Shown: positions 51,031 to 61,270, counted from the stretch's first letter. The stretch is 64,000 nucleotides of DNA from an uncultured Spirochaetota bacterium (GCA_963745235.1 CAVUXE010000037.1:160001-224000); one strand, 5' to 3'. Numbers and translations: made by a program. The notes: generated by a model not told the origin, from the letters alone.

Positions 51031-52377
51031 ATGACTCTTGATTGCCTCGTGAAGGGCGCCATGGTGGTGCGCGCATCCGGAGTGGAGCCGCTGTCCATCG
51101 GTATTGCAGACGGCCGGATTGCCGCTCTGGGACAGGAGATCTCCGAGCCGGCCCGGGAAACGATAGACGCCAGAGGCCTTCACGTCTTCCCCGGAGTGGT
51201 GGATGCACACGTGCATTTCAATGACCCGGGCCGCGATTCCTGGGAAGGTGTCCCCACGGGCTCAGCCGCCCTGTGCGCCGGGGGCGGCACGTGCTTCATC
51301 GACATGCCGCTCAACTCTTCCCCGCCGACCCTGGATGCCGCATCGTTCGACAGGAAGCTCGCGGCCTGCCGGGACCGCGCCTATGCTGATTTCGCCCTGT
51401 GGGGCGGGCTGACACCGGACAACCTCGATGAGCTGGAGGCGCTTGCGGAGCGCGGCGTGGTCGGTTTCAAGGCGTTCATGTCCGCAAGCGGGATAGATGA
51501 TTTCCGCGCGTGCGACGACGAGGCCCTCTACAAGGGCATGAGAATTGCCGCCCGCCTGGGCCTCCCCGTCGCTGTCCACGCGGAGAACAACGGGATGACG
51601 AGCGCTCTTTCCGAAATTGCGCGCTCGGCCGGCCGGACGTCTGCGCGGGACTACCTTGCCTCGCGCCCCATTGCGGCGGAGGCGGAGGCCGTCTCACGCG
51701 CGCTCGCGTTTGCGGAGGACACCGGCTGCGCGCTCCACGTGGTTCACACCAGCTCCGCGCGGGGTGTGCAGCTGATCCGAAAGGCCGTCGAGGCGGGGCT
51801 GTGCGATGCGACCTGCGAGACGTGCCCTCATTATCTGCTGCTGTCGGATGAAGACGTGGAAAGGATGGGCGCCCGGGCGAAATGCGCGCCTCCCCTGCGC
51901 TCTGAGGCCGAGCGGAGGAAGCTTGTCCAGGAGGTCGCTGCCGGCCGGGTGGACACCATCGGCTCGGATCACTCCCCCTCGCCCGCGGAAATGAAGCAGG
52001 GACCTGACTTCTTCAGAGTCTGGGGAGGAATCAGCGGGGCGCAGGCGACCCTCCGCGCACTGCTGAGCCTGGATCTGCCCCTGCCCCTGGTGTCCACGCT
52101 GGTGTCAGACAACGTGGCCCGGCGCTTTCGGCTTCCGGGCAAGGGCGGAATCAGGCTGGGTGCGGATGCCGACCTGGCATTCGTCGACATCTCGGACTCG
52201 AAGCCGATGAGGGAGAGCGAGCTCCTGGACCGCCATCACCTCAGCCCGTACGTCGGACGCACGCTGTGCGGCTCCGTCCGTCGAACGATGCTCCGGGGAG
52301 AGACGGTATGTCTGGACGGCAAGATGGCGGGAAAGCCGCGGGGAAGGCACCTTCGACCCGAAGTTACCGAAATGTGA
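51031..52377 (+). CDS. allB: Allantoinase
   Basis: DAHVHFNDPG, DMPLNSSP, GFKAF, HAE, ETCPHY, KCAPPLR, SDHSP and WGGISG motifs. Confidence 0.92.
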   Translation: MTLDCLVKGAMVVRASGVEPLSIGIADGRIAALGQEISEPARETIDARGLHVFPGVVDAHVHFNDPGRDSWEGVPTGSAALCAGGGTCFIDMPLNSSPPTLDAASFDRKLAACRDRAYADFALWGGLTPDNLDELEALAERGVVGFKAFMSASGIDDFRACDDEALYKGMRIAARLGLPVAVHAENNGMTSALSEIARSAGRTSARDYLASRPIAAEAEAVSRALAFAEDTGCALHVVHTSSARGVQLIRKAVEAGLCDATCETCPHYLLLSDEDVERMGARAKCAPPLRSEAERRKLVQEVAAGRVDTIGSDHSPSPAEMKQGPDFFRVWGGISGAQATLRALLSLDLPLPLVSTLVSDNVARRFRLPGKGGIRLGADADLAFVDISDSKPMRESELLDRHHLSPYVGRTLCGSVRRTMLRGETVCLDGKMAGKPRGRHLRPEVTEM

Positions 52378-52436
52378 CTGTTCGTGTTTGACTGGCCGGA
52401 ACCCGCACCGGTATTTTCTCTGCAAGGAGAATAGCA

Positions 52437-52637
52437 ATGCTTGCAGGTCGCGCCAGGAAAGGGGCCGGCTGGCTCCTCCTCCTGTTCCTGATACCGCTTG
52501 TCGCTCTGCTGTGGCCCCCTTTCTACAATATGACACAGCCCGAGCTCGCCGGGATCCCTTTCTTCTACTGGTTCCAGCTTCTCGCAATCATCGTGACGGC
52601 CGGTCTCACGCTCATCGCATACCTGGGCCGCGCGTGA
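52437..52637 (+). CDS. DUF3311 small membrane protein (SSS transporter partner)
   Basis: PFYN..P.LAGIPFFYWFQL motif; AAGGAG RBS; precedes the SSS gene. Confidence 0.82.
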   Translation: MLAGRARKGAGWLLLLFLIPLVALLWPPFYNMTQPELAGIPFFYWFQLLAIIVTAGLTLIAYLGRA

Positions 52638-52662
52638 GTCACGCGCACGGAGGGCATTCCGC

Positions 52663-54159
52663 ATGATCGACTGGGTAGCTCTCACCATATTCATCTTCTT
52701 CTTCCTCCTCGTGACGGTGATCGGGTTCGTCGCGGCCCGGTGGCGCAGGGGGAACCTCAAGACGCTGGAGGAGTGGGGCCTGGCGGGCCGCAAGTTCGGC
52801 ACCGTCATCACGTGGTTCCTGCTCGGCGGGGACATCTACACCGCCTACACGTTCGTGGCGGTCCCGGGGCTCGTATTCGCGGCAGGCGCCATGGGCTTTT
52901 TCGCCGTGCCCTATACGGTGCTCATCTACCCCCTTGCGTTCATCGTGCTGCCGAAGTTCTGGTCCGTGTGCAAGGCAAACGGCTACGTCACGCCGTCGGA
53001 TTTCGTCGAAGGCCAGACGGGAAGCAAGACACTCGCGTTCATCATCGCCCTCACCGGAATCGTGGCAACAATGCCCTACATCGCCTTGCAGATGTTCGGC
53101 ATTGCCGTGTCGGTTGCCCAGATGGGGATCAATCCTGAGGTCGCACTCGTTGTCGCGTTTGTCATCCTTGCCGCCTACACATACACAAGCGGCCTGCGCG
53201 CGCCTGCTCTCATTGCGATGGTCAAGGACGCGATGATCTTCATCGTGCTCTTTGCCACCATCATCGTGATCCCGATCTCACTCGGCGGATTCGGGCCGAT
53301 CTTCCGGGCCGCGCAGGAGCACGCGGCGGGGACGCCTGCCTTCCACTTCATCCTGGCCCCGGCCCAGTTCATGCCGTACGCCTCCCTGGTCCTGGGCTCT
53401 GCCCTGGCGCTGTTTCTCTATCCCCACGCCCTCACGGGCACTCTTGCAAGCGGCAGCCCCGAGGTGGTCAAGCGCAACGCGGCCTTGCTGCCGGCATACT
53501 CGCTTCTGCTGGGACTGCTCGCCCTGCTGGGATACATGGCAATTGCGGCCCATGTGACGCCCCCCAAGGCGTATGGGGCGAACGGGATCGTTCCCGCGTT
53601 GATTGCCAAGGAGTTTCCCTCCTGGTTCGCCGGTTTCTGCTTCGCGGCCATCTCTATCGGGGCAATGGTTCCCGCCTCCATCATGTCCATTGCGGCGGCC
53701 AATCTCTTCACGAGGAACATCTATCGTCCCTACCTCCGCCCCAACTACTCGAGCGGAGAAGAGACAAACGTCGCCCGGGTGGCGTCGCTGGTGGTGAAGT
53801 TGGGCGCGCTGCTGTTCATCTTCTTCGTGCCGACGACCTTCATCATCAACCTGCAGCTCCTGGGCGGCATCATCATCATCCAGACCCTGCCGTCGGTCTT
53901 CCTGGGGCTGTTCACGAAGTGGTTCAACAAGTGGGCACTCGTGGTGGGATGGGCGGCGGGCATCGCGAGCGGCATCTCGATGTTTGCCGCGGCGCACAAC
54001 AGCTCCGTGTACACGTTCGTGATAGCCGGTCACGGCCTGGGGATCTACTCGGCACTGTCGTCTTTCGTCATCAACCTGGCAGTGACAGCACTTCTCACGC
54101 CCGTGTTCCAGGTTGCGCAGATACGGCAGCGGCGGAATGCCGCGAAGGCGGAGGCGTAG
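52663..54159 (+). CDS. Sodium:solute symporter (MctP/YhjB-like)
   Basis: EWGLAGRKFG, WFLLGGDIYTAYTF, TMPYIALQ and ALFLYPH motifs; about 13 TM helices. Confidence 0.9.
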   Translation: MIDWVALTIFIFFFLLVTVIGFVAARWRRGNLKTLEEWGLAGRKFGTVITWFLLGGDIYTAYTFVAVPGLVFAAGAMGFFAVPYTVLIYPLAFIVLPKFWSVCKANGYVTPSDFVEGQTGSKTLAFIIALTGIVATMPYIALQMFGIAVSVAQMGINPEVALVVAFVILAAYTYTSGLRAPALIAMVKDAMIFIVLFATIIVIPISLGGFGPIFRAAQEHAAGTPAFHFILAPAQFMPYASLVLGSALALFLYPHALTGTLASGSPEVVKRNAALLPAYSLLLGLLALLGYMAIAAHVTPPKAYGANGIVPALIAKEFPSWFAGFCFAAISIGAMVPASIMSIAAANLFTRNIYRPYLRPNYSSGEETNVARVASLVVKLGALLFIFFVPTTFIINLQLLGGIIIIQTLPSVFLGLFTKWFNKWALVVGWAAGIASGISMFAAAHNSSVYTFVIAGHGLGIYSALSSFVINLAVTALLTPVFQVAQIRQRRNAAKAEA

Positions 54160-54174
54160 ACAGGCCCCGCCGTC

Positions 54175-56359
54175 TCACTCGTCCGCGTTCTGGGCAATCA
54201 CCACCCGGTTCCTCCCTGCTTCCTTGGCCTTGTACAGCGCGGCATCAGCCGCGCCCAGCAGGGAGTCTCGTGTCCTGCCGTGGTCCGGGTAGAGCCCTAC
54301 CCCCAGGGAGACACTGACGGGCCCGAGCACCGTGTCGAGATGCCTGACTTCCATCTCCTGGGCTCGCGCGCGCAGATCCTCCGCGCGCCGAGCTGCCGCC
54401 GCCTCGGTGGCCTCGGGCAGGATCAGGACGAACTCCTCCCCGCCGAAGCGGCAGGGCACGTCCCCGGCCCTGAGGTTCGCCCGAATGAGCTGCCCGAGCG
54501 CCTGCAGAAGCTCGTCACCGGCCGCGTGGCCGAAGCGATCGTTGAAGGTCTTGAAGTGGTCGATGTCCAGCATGATGACGCCGATGGAATGCTCCTTGCG
54601 CTCCGCCCGACTGATCTCCAGCTCCAGTGTCTCCTCCATGTAGCGGCGGTTGAAAAGACCGGTGAGCGGGTCGCGGATGGAAAGCTGCCGCAGGTCGCTT
54701 CGAAGCATGAGGTTGGACAGGGCAAGCCCGATGTGCTCCGCCACCGAGACGGCGAATGCCTGCGACTCCTCGGGGCAGCGAAGCGCATTGAAGAGCCCGA
54801 TGGTCTTCCCCGTGACCGCGATGGGGACGCACAGCGAGCCTTGCTCCTGCCCGGCCTCCAGATGACGACACGGGACCGTCGGGGACGAGCCGTTGGGAGG
54901 GTAGACTCTCCCCCGGCGCAGCGCCCAGCAGTCCTCAGCGGTGAACACCGCGGCTGACGGCGGACGGTCTCCCCACTCCGCCATTGCCGTGAACACGTTC
55001 TTCAACGGATCCTGCACGTAGAGAGACCCCGAGGTGCCGGGGAGGAGGCCGGGGAGATGCCGGCGGATGAGCGGGTATGCCTCCTCGGTCGACACGCAGG
55101 ATTGCAGCATGTCGCCAACCTCGTTGAGGAGCTGCACCTCGCGGTTTCTCGATGCCAGTCGATCCACCTGCCCGGCCAGGGTGGCCCGGGACTCCGCGAG
55201 CGCCTTCTCCAGCTGCTCATGCTCGGCGATCTCGTGCGCAAGGGCCTGCGTCCTTTCGGCAACCACGGATTCCACGCGGGCTGTCCTGCGAAGCCCGCCG
55301 CCGAAATAGAGGCTGCCCATGGCCGTCAAGAGCAGCCCAACGGCGAGAATGGCCCAGGACTGCCAGGAGCGGTGTTTGGCCATGAAATCATTTGTCGGGT
55401 ACGCGCGCATGGTCCAGGTGCGTTCCCCCGCATCTATGGTTGTGCTCCAGGACAACCAGTTGCGAAGCGGGGGAGTGACCTCGTAGCCAACGACTTTGGC
55501 CCGACGGTTGTCCAGCTCCTGCTGGGGCGCGGGAGCCTGCAAGTCCAGAAGCTGGATGTCTATCCCCGCGGGGCTGAGGTCTCTGAGCGCCAGGTCGATC
55601 ATCAGGTCCACCCGGAACGCGACCGCGACAATGCCGATCATCTGGCCTCTCGCCGAGGGCGACGCGGCGGACGAAGAATCGCGGTACACGGCGAGGAACT
55701 GCCAGATGACCGGCCAGGGGGCTGCCGCGGGGAGGCGGGTGCCGCTGCTCGTCGTTATTCTCCCGGTGGCAAGGGCCCGGTCGCAGGGCGGACCTCAGAG
55801 CCGGCACCGAGCCGAAATCCAGCCCATTCATTCCGGTGGTGCTTTCATAGGGCTCAATGACGGTGGCGGGAAAATAAAGGGCCCTCTTGCCCGCGGGATG
55901 AGGATCTGGGCCGGTCCCCAGTTCCGTGATCGACATGCCGCCGGTGAGCTCCTTTTGCCAGTTTGACTCGAATGCCGCCCTGTCCGGTCCTGCAACGCGC
56001 GTGATGAATGCCACCGCCTGGGTGTCCGGCTCCTGCGCGGGGATTCGACGCGCAAGCTTCCCGAACTCCAGCGCGAACTCTCCGTAGCGGTTCCTTGAAA
56101 GCTCCAGGGATGACCTGACGTATCCGCCAAGCAGGTCGAGCTCTATGAAATCCTCCGCCAGGGCCGCGCGGATGGCCTGGGCCCGATCTGCCGCCATTGC
56201 CTCGAACTCGCTGTGCATGCGGGCGCGCTCGGACCCCTGGAACACGGCAAAGACCACCAGGGTGATGGTCAGCCCCGCAATCACCGTCAGGAAGATGGGA
56301 AGGTACAGGGGCCAGCCCCGCGGAAGCCAGGCGCGCCGCTGACGACTATCATTTTCCAT
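54175..56359 (-). CDS. CHASE-GAF-GGDEF diguanylate cyclase (+1 frameshift near 55783)
   Basis: TM-CHASE-TM (YFP..IEP, GLD, DRALATG, RTWT), GAF (CWALRRG, LCVP), DPLTGLFNRR and RFGGEEF motifs. Confidence 0.82.
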
Positions 56360-56424
56360 TGATCGACTCCCTTTCCCCTGCCTCATGATATCACGGAAAA
56401 CAAGGATCCCTGCGCCTGTCACCG

Positions 56425-56453
56425 TTGCAGTGGGCCGCACCGGTGAGTAAACT
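56425..56453 (+). promoter_or_regulatory. Putative xdh promoter TTGCAG-17-TAAACT (leaderless geometry)
   Basis: -35 at 56425-56430, -10 at 56448-56453, ATG 6 nt downstream, no SD sequence. Confidence 0.55.
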
Positions 56454-56459
56454 AGAATC

Positions 56460-59400
56460 ATGAAAAGCCCGCGCGGATTGACCCGCACACGGAAGAAGGC
56501 CGCGGCGTCGGCTCCGACGCCGGCGAGCTTTACCGTCGTCATCAACGGAAAGCCCGTGGTCGTGGAGGACATCGCCCCGACGACCACCCTGCTGGAATAC
56601 CTGCGCACGCACGGCTACACGGGGACGAAATGCGGCTGCGCAGAAGGGGACTGCGGGGCCTGTACCGTTGCCCTGGTGGACCGCGACGCCGCCGGGAAGC
56701 CCACCTATCGGGCATTCAACAGCTGCATCGCCCTTCTCCCCATGTTCGCCGGGCGTGAGATCGTGACAGTTGAAGGGCTTGCCACCGGGGAAAAGCTCCA
56801 TCCGGTCCAGGCGCACATGGTGGAGAAATACGGCTCGCAGTGCGGGTACTGCACACCGGGATTCGTCGTCTCCCTTTTCGAGGCGTACTATCGTGAGGAC
56901 TGCCATGACGCAAGCCAGCTCAGCGACCAGCTGAGCGGCAACCTCTGTCGGTGCACGGGATACCGGCCCATTCGTGACGCCGCGCTGGCAGCGCTCGGCC
57001 AGAGGGACGCGGAGAACGGGAAGCCGGACCCGTTTCGGGCCCGGTTGGGCTCACCTGTGGAGCCGATTTCGTTCCTGGACTACAGCGCGCGCGGGGAAAG
57101 GTTCCTGCGGCCGGCAACCCTGGATGACCTCTTTGCGCTCCTGCAGGAGCATCCAGAGGCGCGCCTGGTGGCCGGTGCCACGGAGATCGGGGTGGACATC
57201 AACAAGAAGTTCCTTCCCTGTCCGCTTCTCATCTCGACGGAGGGAGTGCCCGAGCTCACGCGGATCTGGAGCACGCCCTTGGAGTGGCACGTCGGCGCCG
57301 CGGCCACCCTGACCGCCATCGAAGAGCTCCTGGGCGCCGAGTATCCGTCTCTCGCGAAGATGCTTCGCGTGTTCGCCTCACGCGGCATCAGGAACCGGGC
57401 CACCATGGGCGGGAACCTCGCAACGGCGTCGCCCATCGGTGACAGCGCGCCGGTTCTCCTGACCCTGGACGCGCGGCTCGTGCTTGCATCCGCCGCCGGG
57501 GAAAGGACCGCGGCGATGGACGAGTTTTCACTCGGATACCGAAAGACCGATCTGCGCGCAGGGGAGATCATCAGGGAGATCGTGATTCCCCGGATATCCG
57601 GGGCGCAGGGGGCAGCCCGGAAAGCGGAGTTCATCAAGGTGTCCAAGCGGAGAGAGCTGGACATCAGCATCGTGGCGGGAGCATTCCGGGTGGACCTGGC
57701 CCCTGATGGAAGGGTCCACGAGGCCCGCATCGCATTCGGCGGCGTGGCCCTCGCCACGCGGCGTGCGCGCAAGGCTGAGGCGGCGCTGGAAGGCCGCACC
57801 ATCGCGGAGGCGCGGGAGGCCGTGGCAGCCGCCCTTGCCGGCGAATACCAGCCAATCGATGACGTGCGCGGCAGCGCGGCGTACCGCCGCGGCTTGATCG
57901 TGAGCCTGTGGGAGAAGTTTGCCTCTGGCGAGAAGAGCATAGCGGTGGACGGCTCGCTGGAGTTCGCCGCGGGAAACTCCCCGGCCGTTGCCGACGCCTC
58001 CCGTTCCCTGCACCACGAGAGCGCCCGGGGGCATGTGAGCGGAGCCGCGCAGTACGTGGACGACCTGGCGCAGCGCCGGCCCATGCTTGAAGCCTGGCCG
58101 GTCTGCTCGAAGCACGCCCGGGCGCGCATCACGCGCAGGAACGCTGACACGGCGCGAAGTGCACCGGGGGTGGTCGCGGTCCTGATGGCTGAGGACATCC
58201 CTGGCCACAACAACGTCGGCACCTCGAGGAACGATGAGCCCTTGTTCGCCTCCGAGGAGGTCCTCTACCACGGCCAGCTCATTGCGCTCGTGGTCGGCAC
58301 CTCGCTGAAGGAATGCCGGGCCGCGGCGGGGCTCGTCGAGGTCGACTACGAGCCGCTGCAGCCTGTCCTGGGAATCAAGGACGCTATTGCGAGGGGAAGC
58401 TTCCTGACCGAGCCGCACACGATTCGCCGTGGTGACTGCGAGAAAGCCCTCTCTTTCGCTCCCCATCACCTGGAGGGAGAGGTCAGCTCCGGCGGCCAGG
58501 AGCATTTCTACCTGGAGACGCACGCGGCGTGGGCTGAGGCTGGTGAGAAGGGGACCCTGTTCGTCTGCTCCTCCACGCAGCACCCATCGGAGATCCAGGC
58601 CATCCTCTCCGAGCTCCTCCATGCTCCGCGCAACAGCATCGTGGTCCAGTCTCCCCGCATGGGCGGCGCTTTCGGCGGCAAGGAAGTGCAGGGGAACACA
58701 TTTGCGGCCCTGGTTGCCCTGGCCGCGGTCAGGACGGGAAAACCGGTGCGCATGCAGCTGGACCGGGACCTGGATATCATGATCAGCGGCAAGCGCCATC
58801 CCTTCTGGTCGAAGTTCTCCGCGGGCTACGATGACCAGGGAAAGGTGCTCGCGGTCCGCGTGGACATCTTCTCCGACGGCGGCTGGTCGCTGGACCTCTC
58901 CCAGCCCATCATCGATCGGGCCGTTTTCCACCTGGACAACATCTACTATCTCCCCGCCGTCGCCTTCACGGGCAGGGTGGTCCGGACAAACACCACCTCG
59001 CACACGGCATTCCGCGGCTTCGGCGGACCGCAGGGCATGTTGGTCATAGAGGAGATCATGGACAGGGTGGCGCGCCGGCTCGGCCTGCCTCCCGAGGTGG
59101 TGCGGGAGCGCAACATGTACCATGGCTCGGGAGAGACCAACACCACGCACTACGGAGAGGACATCGGGGACAACAGGCTGCAGACCATGTGGAAGCAGGC
59201 GTTCGACCAGGCCGGCTTCCGCGAGCGCAGGCTGGAAATAGATGCCTGGAACAGGCAGCACGACCGGGTGAAACGGGGCCTTGCGATCACGGGAGAAAAG
59301 TTCGGCATCTCCTTCACCCTGGCCGCCTACAACCAGGCGGGCGCGCTCGTGCTGATCTACCAGGACGGCACGGTCCAGGTGAACCATGGCGGCACGGAAA

Positions 59401-60323
59401 TGGGTCAAGGCCTTCACACCAAGGTGCTCGGCGTGGTCATGCGCGAGCTTGGCATTCCCGCCTCCAGCGTGCGCGTGATGCCGACCAGCACCGACAAGGT
59501 GCCCAACACCTCGGCAACCGCTGCATCCTCGGGGTCGGACCTGAACGGTGCAGCGGTCAGGGCAGCCTGCGCGACCCTCCGCGAGCGGCTGGCGCCCGTT
59601 GCCGCGGGGATGCTGGCCCGCACAGCAGGCGCCCAGGTTCCACCAGGGAGCGTGGTATTCAGCGACGGCTGCGCTCACGCGGGTCAGGGAGGAGGCACTG
59701 GTGCGCGGCTCAGCTTTGCAGAGGTCTGCCAGGAGGCGTACCGACAGCGGATCAGCCTTTCGACAACCGGATACTATGCGACGCCGGGAATCACCTGGAA
59801 CTGGGAAAAGCAGGAAGGCCACCCCTTCTACTATTTCGCCTGCGGCGCGGCGGTGAGCGAGGTGGAAGTGGATGGCTACACCGGGATGCACCGGGTGCTT
59901 CGAACGGACATCGTGCACGACGTGGGTGAATCCCTGAACCCCGGCGTGGACCGGGGCCAGATCGAGGGAGGGTTCGTGCAGGGGGTTGGCTGGCTCACCA
60001 GGGAGGAGCTGGCATGGGACAAGGAAGGTCGGCTCCTGACTCACGGCGCGAGCACCTACCAGATCCCCGCCATCAGCGACGCACCCCTGGAGATGCGCAT
60101 CACGATGCTGCCCAACGCGGCCCAGCATGGCACCATTCACGGAAGCAAGGCAGTCGGGGAGCCGCCGCTGATGCTCGCCTTTTCGGTTCGGGAGGCAATC
60201 CGTGACGCAGTTGCAGCCTTCGGCAGGCCTGGCGGTGAGATAGGACTTGCGGCGCCATCAACGTCTGAGGCCATTTTCGCTGCAATTGAGGCGCGCAGGA
60301 ACGGCCAGAACAGCCTCGGCTGA
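56460..60323 (+). CDS. xdhAB: Xanthine dehydrogenase, XdhA-XdhB fused in one polypeptide
   Basis: 2Fe-2S motifs (GCAEGDCGAC, QCGYC, NLCRCTGY); FAD domain (AGATE, RNRATMGGN); Mo domain (GGAFGGKE, AFRGFGGPQG, GGTEMGQG, SKAVGEPP). Confidence 0.94.
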   Translation: MKSPRGLTRTRKKAAASAPTPASFTVVINGKPVVVEDIAPTTTLLEYLRTHGYTGTKCGCAEGDCGACTVALVDRDAAGKPTYRAFNSCIALLPMFAGREIVTVEGLATGEKLHPVQAHMVEKYGSQCGYCTPGFVVSLFEAYYREDCHDASQLSDQLSGNLCRCTGYRPIRDAALAALGQRDAENGKPDPFRARLGSPVEPISFLDYSARGERFLRPATLDDLFALLQEHPEARLVAGATEIGVDINKKFLPCPLLISTEGVPELTRIWSTPLEWHVGAAATLTAIEELLGAEYPSLAKMLRVFASRGIRNRATMGGNLATASPIGDSAPVLLTLDARLVLASAAGERTAAMDEFSLGYRKTDLRAGEIIREIVIPRISGAQGAARKAEFIKVSKRRELDISIVAGAFRVDLAPDGRVHEARIAFGGVALATRRARKAEAALEGRTIAEAREAVAAALAGEYQPIDDVRGSAAYRRGLIVSLWEKFASGEKSIAVDGSLEFAAGNSPAVADASRSLHHESARGHVSGAAQYVDDLAQRRPMLEAWPVCSKHARARITRRNADTARSAPGVVAVLMAEDIPGHNNVGTSRNDEPLFASEEVLYHGQLIALVVGTSLKECRAAAGLVEVDYEPLQPVLGIKDAIARGSFLTEPHTIRRGDCEKALSFAPHHLEGEVSSGGQEHFYLETHAAWAEAGEKGTLFVCSSTQHPSEIQAILSELLHAPRNSIVVQSPRMGGAFGGKEVQGNTFAALVALAAVRTGKPVRMQLDRDLDIMISGKRHPFWSKFSAGYDDQGKVLAVRVDIFSDGGWSLDLSQPIIDRAVFHLDNIYYLPAVAFTGRVVRTNTTSHTAFRGFGGPQGMLVIEEIMDRVARRLGLPPEVVRERNMYHGSGETNTTHYGEDIGDNRLQTMWKQAFDQAGFRERRLEIDAWNRQHDRVKRGLAITGEKFGISFTLAAYNQAGALVLIYQDGTVQVNHGGTEMGQGLHTKVLGVVMRELGIPASSVRVMPTSTDKVPNTSATAASSGSDLNGAAVRAACATLRERLAPVAAGMLARTAGAQVPPGSVVFSDGCAHAGQGGGTGARLSFAEVCQEAYRQRISLSTTGYYATPGITWNWEKQEGHPFYYFACGAAVSEVEVDGYTGMHRVLRTDIVHDVGESLNPGVDRGQIEGGFVQGVGWLTREELAWDKEGRLLTHGASTYQIPAISDAPLEMRITMLPNAAQHGTIHGSKAVGEPPLMLAFSVREAIRDAVAAFGRPGGEIGLAAPSTSEAIFAAIEARRNGQNSLG

Positions 60324-60354
60324 CGGACGCGCGCCCGGGGGTCAGACGCCCGGG

Positions 60355-61155
60355 TCAGACGTCCTGAAAGAACACCGGGCCCGAAGGGGTGTCCCCTCGA
60401 AACGGCTCACCGCCGAGCACCTGATCACAGGCTCCCCGCCAGCCCGAAACCCTCAGCTTCGCGTAGATGTGCTCCAGGTGCTTCTCCACCGTATGCCTGC
60501 TGACGAAAAGGCGTTCGGCAATCTCTCTGACCGACAGTCTCTCGCAGAGCATCCCGGCAATCTCCAGCTCGCGTCGGGTGAAACCCGACTGGGACGCCCG
60601 GGCATGGAGACTCTGCTTCCGGGTGATCGCGGGATCAGCCACGAGGAGGAAGAGATTCTGCAAGTGAGGATAGAGGATTTGCAGCCGGGTCAGCTCAGCA
60701 TCCGAGAACCTGGGTCCCGGTCCCCGGAAAAGACCGAAACAGAAACCTTCCGCCCCGTTCCCCACCCGGGGGAGGTTGGTCATGACGAGGGTTTGCGAGA
60801 TCCTGTTCGCCTCGGCAAAGTCCCTTTGGAACTCCTTGTCCCCGAACCGGGCGGGGTCAATGATCGCGACAACCGGCCACCATGGCTCAGCCGGAGGCGG
60901 AAGGCGATCAAGCGATGCATAGTGACGGAAGTAGCCCTCCCAGATGGAGGAATGCCGGGCGTGGACCAGCCGGGGTGTCCAGAATGCTGCCGTGGACAGG
61001 GTGGCGCAGGCATGGTCGAAGGCAACCACGGTTTCGATCTGCTCCAGGGCGCGACCCAGGAAGCCTTCCGGGGTGCGCTCGGCCTCGAGAGCTTCAATGA
61101 CCGTGAGTATCTTTTTCAGTACCGGGGAGGAGCTCCCGGGCCGGTGTGGCGACAT
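60355..61155 (-). CDS. LuxR-family HTH regulator with N-terminal sensor-like domain
   Basis: FTRRELEI...EIAERLFVSRHTVEKHLEHIYAKL. Start is 61155 or 61167. Confidence 0.82.
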   Translation of the reverse strand: MSPHRPGSSSPVLKKILTVIEALEAERTPEGFLGRALEQIETVVAFDHACATLSTAAFWTPRLVHARHSSIWEGYFRHYASLDRLPPPAEPWWPVVAIIDPARFGDKEFQRDFAEANRISQTLVMTNLPRVGNGAEGFCFGLFRGPGPRFSDAELTRLQILYPHLQNLFLLVADPAITRKQSLHARASQSGFTRRELEIAGMLCERLSVREIAERLFVSRHTVEKHLEHIYAKLRVSGWRGACDQVLGGEPFRGDTPSGPVFFQDV

Positions 61156-61270
61156 GCTTCTGGTCACTGAAATCTACAGGTCGCCTGGACGGTGGGTCAA
61201 GAAAAATACGCGATAATCGCTGATGCCTCCGTCGACCCGCGCCGGCTATGCTTGGGTGCGGGAGGCGCAC

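Noticed and set aside
57528-60140. Long antisense ORFs (870 aa here; also 5143-6876, 25516-27327, 36812-38575)
   Set aside because: Shadow frames of high-GC genes on the opposite strand, with no recognisable motifs.
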